Assembly (NCBI RefSeq): GCF_964355755.1
Contig: NC_092679.1
Location: 20,753,432-20,817,431, forward strand
Direction: 5' to 3'
Length of the DNA: 64,000 bases
DNA from: Antedon mediterranea
Taxonomy: Eukaryota; Animalia; Echinodermata
The translations under genes were made by a program, and so were the position numbers. The notes under the pieces are model-generated. The model was not told where the DNA came from and ran no database searches. It saw only the letters and a list, made by a program, of their open reading frames with translations. Positions 1-64,000 of this stretch are shown piece by piece (position 1 is the stretch's first letter; every line of letters starts with the position of its first letter).

Positions 1-35
1 GCAAAAACAATGTTAAAATAGGTAAACAGTCAAAC

Positions 36-54644
<54,609 letters not shown>

Positions 54645-55169
54645 TCTCCAGCCTAGGCCTAGACTCTAACTTTACCGTCTGCTTAAATCCTCCTCAGGCT
54701 TAGCTCAGATGTTTCCATCAGTAAAATCACAGCTAGGAGGAAAGGGGCTTTAATCCAATGTTTTAAAGAAAATCCACGGAGAGTAGCTAATTGTGTTTAT
54801 GCACTGTTTGTAGAATCAATTGCACTGCTAAGAAAGTCAAAAACATCCATACTATGTCAGGAATCCACCGTGTAACTTGACCCGTTTCGAACACGATTTA
54901 TTTCACCCTGGCCTGGTTGCTGAGTTGCAAGTATATCCAGCTAAGCGCACACGTTGGTTGTTTACTGGTTGCAAGGGAACTTTTTGTCATTAAATTCTGA
55001 GGGCAGTAGATATATATTTATATCAATCTCAGTCTTTAATTTTATTTCGTATAAAATGACAATATACTGCGATTTGCATAATAAGGACTCCTTGTCACAG
55101 TGACCCTTTCAATATCTTGGCATAACAAAAATGCTCGATCATCTATGAAGACCTCAAGATTTGAACCCA

Positions 55170-57930
55170 TCAGCTGTTCAGTATGTACTTTGTGGAGTAA
55201 CGGGTAAATGCGCGGGTTTGAGTGCTCTCAGCTCTAGAGAATGGGTTCGAACCTCTACGGATATTTTGTTTTAAAATGAAAGAGCTATTTAGAGGGTTGA
55301 AAATGTCAGGCGTTGGCCTAAAAAAAGAAGCTCGCATAGCTTAACTCTATTCCACCGACCAGCGTGGGAATCGAACCCACGACATACGTGTTGTCAACAC
55401 TCAGGCGACTGAGCTAACTGGTTATTTTGGTTTTAACAAGGTTAATAGGATATTTATGACGTAATGATGAATGAATTAAACGTAATACGTCCACGTATAA
55501 ATAGACTACTATCAGCTGTTCAGTCATGTACTACTTTGTAGCGTAACGGGTAATGCTCAGGTTTGAGTACTCTCAGCTCTATGTCGATTGGGTTACCTCT
55601 ACGGAATTTTTTGAATGGAAAATAATGAATATTTTTTTTCTTTTATTTTGAAAGAGAGATATTTTGAGGGTTGTAAATGTCAGGCCTAAACAAGTGGACC
55701 TTTTTTAAAATCAGAAAATACTGCCATTAAAAAACTTTGAAAAGAAGCCCATGTGCTCCTTCATTTTTAGTAGGCCTACACGTTGGTGGGCTTTTTTCGA
55801 GATTACTTTTGCAAACTAAAAGAGGAAAGTTGCTAGGTTCCCGTCCAGAAAATAGTTTCTTTACATTATTTGAATTTCTAATAACAAAGTTTAACAACAT
55901 CAAAATTCAACAGTGTGGCGTGTTGACCGCGAATGACTAACAATACTATCTTCCCCATAATACACCTGCAAAAACTAATTTGCATAACAACGCACGACAT
56001 ACCAAATTGTTCAAAATAGAAAGCCAGGAAATGACATCTATTATTTTTTTTAACAACATGTATAAGAATCTTCAGTACCTCACCATGTTTGTGGCTGAGC
56101 CGAAAAAAATGGCACTTTACATGATTTGAAATTATATAAAACAAACTATAGAAGACTCACCAGGACAATAGAGCTTGTCCCCGGAAAGTGCACCTATTCT
56201 TTGAAATATGAAATGAAATATTAAATCTCCAGTATTAGCCAACCATGGTTGGGGCAGAGCTAATAATGAAAACAGAGCCAAGAAATGCACTTATACTTAT
56301 TACTATAAATAATCACCAATGATAATTATGATTATGTAAAAATTTCAACTATCCAGACGCGACTTCAAAATTTTAGGTGAGATTTTCTACTTTAAAAACT
56401 CGACTTCGTATATGCCTAAGGCCTAATAGCCCGGCGGCTGAATTAGTCTAAGCTTCGAAATTAGTCTAGAAATCGGCATCTTTGAATGTTCTATATATTT
56501 GATCTTATTTCACTCTCCATTAACCCCATACAAAAACCATCGGAGACAAACTATCTGTTTAAAAAATGTTTTCAGGGCGGTGCGGCCATACACACCGACT
56601 ACCATAAACGTGTATTCATAACATATTACAATACAATATCTTGCATGAATCGGACATTTCGCTACTATACGTAGAAACATTGATCAACAAAATCAAAATT
56701 TAACAGTGTGGCGCATTGACCGCGAATGACTAACACTACCGTCTTTCCCAATACACCTGCACAACTATTACATAACAACGCACGGCATACCAAACCGTTT
56801 CGTACACCTGCGATGAAAATAAATTCAATTTATTTTACAATTGAGGGCGACAAACATAAAATTCACGAGATCGAATACAGATTGAAAAAAAAAAATTAAA
56901 TAAAGAAAAAGATGTCAAATGTGCTCTCCCTGCCTCAGCACTAAGGCCCTGCCACAGCCTTTTGGGGTCGTTTCCAGCACATCACCAGATGCATTGATGT
57001 TGTCGCCTCATGATGTGTGGCGTGGAAAGGGGGACGTATAATCTGTGAACCCCAAACACAGTGGCCGCATGCCTTTAACTCTATTCCACCGACCAGCGTG
57101 GGAATCGAACCCACGACATACGTGTCGTCAACACGACGCTCAGGCGACTGAGCTAACTGGTCATTTTGGTTTTAACAAGGTTAATATGATAATTATGACG
57201 TAATGATGAATTACACGTATAAATAGACTATTATTAGCTGTTCAGTCGTGTACTACTTTGTGGCTTAACGGGTAATGCTCAGGTTTGGGTGCTCTCAGCT
57301 TTAGTAGATTGAGTTCGAACCTCTACGGATATTTTTTTTTAATAGAAAATAATGAATAATTATTGTTTTATTTATTTTGAGGGTTGTAAATGTCAGGCCT
57401 AAACAAGTGGACTTTTTTTTTAATCAGAAAAAAAGTTGCATGGCATTATTTTTTCCATTAAATAGACTGCCATAAAACCTCGAAAAGAAGCCCATGCTCT
57501 TGGGTGGGCTTCTTTCCACATGGAGTTCTATTCGAGATTACTTTTGAAAACTAAATGAGGGGAGCTGCTAGGTTCCCGCCCGGAAAATGTTTTATTTACA
57601 TGATTTGAACAATATTCTAATGTAAAGATTAACAACATACAATTTTAACAGTGTGGCGTGACCGCGAATGACTAACATACCATCTCCCCATAATACACCT
57701 GCACCAACTAATTTGCATAACAGCGAACGGAATACCAAACTGTTCAAAATAGAGGTGCAAGGTCCCCAGAAATTTCATCTTTATTTTTTTCAAACAAAAT
57801 GTAGGCCTATAAGAATCTTTAGTACCCTACCATGCTTGTGGCTGAGCAAAGACAATTTTGAAAAATAGAGCTGTATAGGTTCCCGCCCGAAATAAATGAC
57901 ACTTTACATGATTTAAAATTATATCAACGA
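55170..57930. repeat. Local segmental duplication with back-to-back tRNA-like heads
   Basis: About 55340-56150 matches 57075-57920; partial extra copies at 55170-55320 and 56683-56800. Confidence 0.85.
57090..57162 (-). pseudogene. tRNA-like sequence (tRNA-Ile-like body, GAC at the anticodon position), probable pseudogene
   Basis: GACCAGT acceptor stem pairs GCTGGTC; D stem GCTC/GAGC; T arm GTGGG-TTCGATT-CCCAC. D loop lacks GG. A shorter deleted copy lies at about 55355-55422. Confidence 0.65.
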
Positions 57931-58025
57931 AAACGAATAAATAAATGCAACAAATACGGCACGACTTTTTTTTAAGTAAAATTTTAAAATGTTTATTTCA
58001 CCATTGTAATACTAAATTTACATTT

Positions 58026-61000
58026 CTAGCTAAACAAACTTATTATTTTATTAATATGTAACTGGATAAGTAGTTCAGTTTTTACTCTCTCTGCCGAATG
58101 TCGAGTTGTCGTCCGATGGTTTTCCGAATCCCAGTTTCCGAGACCAAAAACAGCGACTTCGTCACAGGTATGGAGCGCTACCATTAACATGGTAAGTTCT
58201 AAGTCTACTGAACTGTCTTGAGTGTTTGTTACATTTATCCATCTGTAATGAAATATATTTTTAAAAAGGTGAACAAATCCGATGAAATGGCACATGATAA
58301 TTATGATGACGACGAAGAGTGTGTCAATGAAGATCGCCTACACAGTTACTATTATGATAAACATGATACGTGATAAGTCCGGTCTTGAACGGGCATGGTC
58401 CAACCACCCTCTTAAATTTGCGCCATATTCAAGAGTTGATGTAATTATCAAGAGGGGCTTATAGGCATAGCCTAGCCTCGACTCCGGACCCAGCATTGCT
58501 GAGCTCCGGAAACAAGTAAGTAAGTAAGTAAGTAAACAAGATAATATCGAGTAGGCCGCGCCTATAGCAAAGTAACATTACAGCAACTGTGTTTATGGCA
58601 ATCTTTAATTTGTATAAAGCGTGGTTCCCACTAGCGACGCAACACAACGACGTAACGCAACGCAAGTGAATTGACCAATCACAAGCGATGGCTTATTCGC
58701 TTGTGATTGCTAACTGTTTATAACTTCGCCTGTCATTGGTTAAAACGCTTGCATTGCGTTTACGTCCTTGCGTTACGTTCTAGTGGGAACCAAGCTTAAC
58801 GACGCACAAACAAAGTTCGGTTCCCACTAGGATGTGACGCAACGACGTAAGCGCGACGTAATCAATTTAACCAAGCGATAGGATTATCCGAATTGTCGCT
58901 TTTGATTGGTGGTTAATTCGCTTTCGTTGCGCTTACGTCATTGCGTTGCGTCCCAGTGTGAACCGAACTTTGTTTGTGCGTCGTTATACAAATTGTTGCA
59001 AAATACACACATCACATACAAAGGGGTATCAAAATGATCCGAAATGTATAACTGGGACGGTTTTAAACTACATTTGAAAAACTGCCATGGGTCGGAAATC
59101 TTTATATTGATTGACAACTGATGATGATGATGTTGATTATGATGATGACGATGACGATGGTGATGATGATGATGACGATGATTTGATCTTGATAATAAAG
59201 ATTACGAACCTATCTGAAGTATAACGCAGTAAATCCGGATGTAAAACTCTGAAAGTATCGGGCGTTTTGGAAGAAATCGTTAACGGCAACCTACAAAAGT
59301 GAAAATACTAAATTAACGTAAAATATGTGAAAGAAGTAATATTCTGTAATTCTGACCACATAGGATTGTCCACACGTGTACGTATATACAGAATCGTAAT
59401 TACGTTACCATCTCATCATCACACCCAATCATCGTAAACAATACGTTAATATCGGCATCAATCAATCTAATTAAAATTATCACCATCTAAAATCAATTCC
59501 CATCATCGTCATAATCATCATCATCATTATCATCGTAATAATCTTCATTAAAATCATCACCATCATAATTAATCGTAGGCATATCTTCAAAACTTTAAGG
59601 TGTAAAAAAAAATCAATATACCCTTTTCCTGGATGCGCATGACTTAAATTGGAAACATTCCGTCGACCATCCTTCAGCAATTCGCGTAGGTACAAATACG
59701 TAGACGCGTCAGTATCCGACGAAACGTATTTGACATTCTAACAAATACAACAAAGCATTTGAGAAATATGATGCATATCGGCTATGTGGTTTAGTTAAAA
59801 CAATTTGAATAATGAGCAAACAATTAGGCCTACTCATGGGTGTCAATCAAATTTTGCCCTATGGATTAGAAACATCAGAAACACACATAACATGAAGTAA
59901 ATATGTCTTAACCAAAGAACTTATTTCTTTGGTCTTAACTTGAAAGTAAAAATTGACTGATTGGTCGGTATAATTGCAATACCAGCAGCATAGATTTGTC
60001 AGAGAGTTTCTCATCATAATGGCCAACTTTACATACCTGTATTGCGAGAGATTCGACAAATTGAAGATCGTATTTATTCGAAATTCGCTTAGATTTGACA
60101 AGAGAAGAAAACGTGTAGAAATAATGAGTAGTTTTAGTTCCGACGTCTTCTTTAAACCCATTCGTTGCTGCAATATTTGACCTGTAAAACATTGAACATA
60201 AAAGGAGTCTGTCAGCGACATACGACTGATTTATTGGACACAGTGTGGGCATATACGTATAAAGCGTCTTTTTATAAGCGATTTTGTTTAGATCAATATA
60301 TACATATATATAAACAATGAAGAACAATACGTGGATGACACACGAACATTGTTCAAATTAATGTAGGCCTAGGCCTATATGTGTAGTTATCGAATGTGGC
60401 AAATATACTGGGGCATCAGCATTCCATACGTGAGGTATATGACGTGATTACCCTGTTTATAATAAAACCGAACGAAAAGTATAAATACTCGACTCTAAAG
60501 CGTCTTAAACTGCCTTTTTGTCACTTTTTGTGAACTGTGTATTTATGATGTACATAATTTCCTAACACTGAATCGACAAGGTGAGCCTATGTCTTTTCAT
60601 CACATTGTTTTCGCTTAAGAAACTTTTTACCTGAACACACTGTCATATGAATTTATTCTGGAGCCGAACTTTGACCTAAGCAAAGAAGTGAGTTTACCGA
60701 CGACAGCGCACCGTCTGCATTTCCCTTTGTCGTCTGAATCATCATCGAAAAGATTTCGTTGCTCCTTGCTTCGGAGTAACTTCATAATCTGATTAATATC
60801 TTTGAAGACAAGATACAAACATGTTTTAAGCCTTGTCTACATTATCAAACTTTATGTGAATAAAAACAATTCACTTTTTACTAACTGTGGGTTACGTTTG
60901 CTATGACTTCTTCGTTTGAATGTTTACAATGTCGTGACGCAAAGGGAACAGGTCAATACTAAAATATTGGTAACAAATAAAATGAATTAAGCTCTCAGAA

Positions 61001-64000
61001 ACTGAGCGAAATACTTTGCGCAGAGAAGCGACACACCATGTCGGGGCATGTTGTTTAATATTTAGGACCATAATAATAATTTGAATATAGGCCTTTGTTA
61101 CTATAATATTTCCCTCAAAATCAATAGGTCCGATTGGTATACACATGGATCTATTTTCGACACATGGATCTATTTTCGGTACATGGTATAAAGTAGGCCA
61201 CAACTATTTGGACGATAACTTGAAAATTGTGGGCGTTATCGTGTAAACAAACAACTAAATACATATCAAATAGACCTAATACACTTGACAATTAAATGCT
61301 TATAACAACAACAGGTAATATACAATTATTTATACAAGCCGATAGGATACACAGACGTAAGGTTATAAGTAGTACGGAGAATTATGTTTATATTGGGCCT
61401 AAAAATAGACAACATAAACCTACCTTTATAAGTTGTATTCTCCCAACCAAATGGCGATGGGTATTCTTTTCTTTGGTAATATTCTCGAGGACTAAACATG
61501 GCGTGATACATAAGTATCGGGATATCACGTACATAACGATCACTAAATACTGGGCTTATTTTTAAACGGTCCCTTAAGGAGGCATCACAGTTCTAAAAAA
61601 CAAAATTAAAAACCAGATTTTGACACAAAATAATTGTTAATTCTATTTTTATAGAGTGAGTTTACCGACGACACCGTAACACAGAGTGGGCTAACGAGAG
61701 GTATGTTATACCCCAATACTATTATAGACTACCGTATGCATTTGATCCCGATCCAACCAAGTCTCGTACTATAGTGCTATAATATTTAACCGATATTTCC
61801 TTTTGTTGCTTTTACTAGAAAAATAATGTCCCTAAATAAGGATGTTCCCTGTATAGAGGTGTCCAAAGAAGGGGTTATATAGAGCCTGCTGAATTCGCAT
61901 AAGGACATAGGCTTATAAGCACTTACTGGTTTTGCGAAGGATATGTCTTTTCTGTAAAATCCATTTATATTGTTCATTGTACTTGGAACTTTTAGCCAAT
62001 CAGCGTCAACCACGTGGCGTAGGTTCATTTGTCCAATGTTGTTATAGATATTATTAAAATGTAGGCCTACAGTTGGTTTCTTCATTTTGAGTCCACCTTT
62101 ATTTTCTTGATGCGCATGTTCACCGAATAAATAACTCCAGTCATCATCAGATATAACATAATTTAAATTTTCCTTTGCATTAGTACTATGCTCAATCATT
62201 TCGGATATACTGCGATGTGACGAATTGCGTTTTGTTGCGTTTATGTCCGATGTTCTTGCGTCAACGTTTGCGTCAACAATAAAGTTAGTTGAAAACACCT
62301 CTTGGTGCATTTTTTGGACTATTTCAAACAGTTCGTTTATTTTCTGTCGTCGGATGACCTGTATCGGCGAATATGTTGCTGTTTCTACTTCGGTTTGTCT
62401 GTATGAAAAATAGTTATAACTAGATGTGTATATTTTTAGGGGGAGGGCGTTTATTCGAGGGAGGCGTTTATTCGGGGGAGGCGTTTATTTTTATGAGTGT
62501 AATATAGTAATATGTATAGGCCTAATCAAATTAATATCACGTATAGATATGAAAAAAATACAACACAATTGATATTGAGAAGTTATAAAATACAGTAACA
62601 ACTGTATCAATACTTGGGTACCGGTAAATTGTAGATCATGTCAATCAATGGATTCTACTACAAATAGAAATGTTTTTAATACAAGCGGCGGGGCATTTAT
62701 TCCAGGAAATAAATAAAGGCCCCGGGCCGTTTATTCAAAATGATGTTCTAATAGGGGCGTTTATTCGAGGGAGACGTTTATTCAAATAAATTAAAGTTTA
62801 TTCGAATAAATACGGTAATTGCATTGAATACTATAGACTGAGAAGATTTAACCCCTGACGCCTGAAGCTATTCCAGCTACAATCATCAACATGGAACCGA
62901 TTACACGGTAAACACAGCATTCCTGATATATAGGCCTAACATTAATTTACGCTCGCTTCGCTCGCGTACCATCTAGATCGTGCCCACAGATGGTTCTCGA
63001 ATACACAGTAATTTCAGCGTAAAAAAATTTTTTGAATGTACGTACTGCAGGATGATAATAGTTATTATTGTTTACAGAAACGAATAAATAGACACGATGA
63101 TTTATGTATTAAACTGAAATTAGCACACTGGAAATTACTTCCGAAAGAGAAACTTGTCACAAAATGAGTCCAAATTTGTTATTTGGACTCATTTAAACAA
63201 ACCCAATTTGTGTTTTGTGTGTAACATTAAGGTTGATGGATGGGGAAGAGGATATGGGTACAAAGAAGAACAATGTTTTAATATATTCTTTATCTACTCA
63301 GTAACGAAATATGTTTTTCATGTTTGATAGGCCTATAAATAATATACCACTTGATACAGTAACACATTTGCGATTTAATACTTTGTTAAAACTGTCACTG
63401 TTATAGTCCATTGAAATAGCATGTACATGTAACGATACACGTACCACTACAACGTTTATATTCTTTGTAATTATTAATTAATACAAACATTGAGAAGCAA
63501 CTGTCAGTAGTACAGTTTATTTGTATATTGTACGTTTTGTATAACAGTAGGGCCTACTCACAGGCCTATAAAATAATATACCACTTGATACAGTAACACA
63601 TTTGTGACTTAATATTTTATTGTTTAAACTGTCACTGTCATAGTCGATTGAAATAGAATACGGTAGTACATGTAACGATACACGTACCACTACAACGTTT
63701 ATATTCTTTGTAATTATTAATTAATACAAACATTGAGAAGCAACTGTCAGTAGGCCTACTACAGTTTATTTGTATATTGTACGTTCTATATAACAGTAGG
63801 GCCTACACTCACAGTAATACGTTTATTTGTACATGATTGTGTTATACATCTAACAGTACCCACACTCACAGTAAATTCAATGGCGACCACAAATGTTAAT
63901 ACGTATTTATTGCAATACTATATCTATATATACGTTTTAGGTTAATTCCCCAAGGGCCAATAAATTTACCTACAGCTGGTGGTACTTGTGTTAAAGCAAA
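58026..64000 (-). CDS. ST6GALNAC: ST6GalNAc1/2-like sialyltransferase (GT29), divergent; 5' end beyond the right edge
   Basis: In-frame GT-AG exons 63970->64000, 61927-62398, 61404-61592, 60631-60799, 60037-60181, 59622-59737, 59210-59290, 58026-58242. L-motif CRRCAVVGK...SYDSVFRSNIAATNGFKEDVGTKT, PFGW, VLHPDLLRY, S-motif-like MLMVALHTCDEVAVFG, C-terminal LHINKIISLF. Confidence 0.85.
58618..58986. mobile_element. Two adjacent GGTTCCCACTAG-type MITEs
   Basis: Each has matching TIRs; the second is embedded in a longer perfect inverted repeat. Confidence 0.8.
59118..59185. repeat. (GAT)n microsatellite
   Basis: Imperfect GAT/GAC run; a (CAT)n-like run lies at about 59500-59570. Confidence 0.9.
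62619..62817. mobile_element. TA-flanked MITE with AATAAACGCC repeats (mariner/pogo-like)
   Basis: TACCG...TACGGTA ends; related pieces at 51552-51657 and 62437-62508. Confidence 0.6.
63328..63812. repeat. ~235-bp tandem duplication
   Basis: AGGCCTATAAA...ATACCACTTGATACAGTAACACATTTG...ATAACAGTAGGGCCTAC occurs twice. Confidence 0.9.

Overview
AT-rich, intron-rich animal genomic DNA, most likely a marine invertebrate deuterostome (inferred from Deu/Nin-type SINEs and an ST6GalNAc-type sialyltransferase). Most of the window (1-54644, minus strand) is the 5' ~55% of a ryanodine receptor gene. I traced about 62 GT-AG exons by hand from the start codon at 54644 (MASTVSGG...AFLRT) to RyR repeat 3, and the gene runs off the left edge. 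Intron 3 holds a full-length but mutated ~5.2 kb DIRS1-type tyrosine-recombinase retrotransposon with inverted termini and an internal complementary region. The introns also carry many MITEs, tRNA-derived SINEs, a Helentron-type element, a Harbinger derivative and two minisatellites. A divergent ST6GalNAc1/2-like GT29 gene lies on the minus strand at 58026->64000. Best leads: a duplicated, apparently mutually exclusive RyR exon pair (5386-5521 / 4509-4641) with Rbfox motifs; an RyR splice donor supplied by a SINE head; inverted SINEs bracketing exons 16-22; a hammerhead-like core; and a probable pseudo-sialyltransferase. All coordinates were read by eye and may be off by a few bases.
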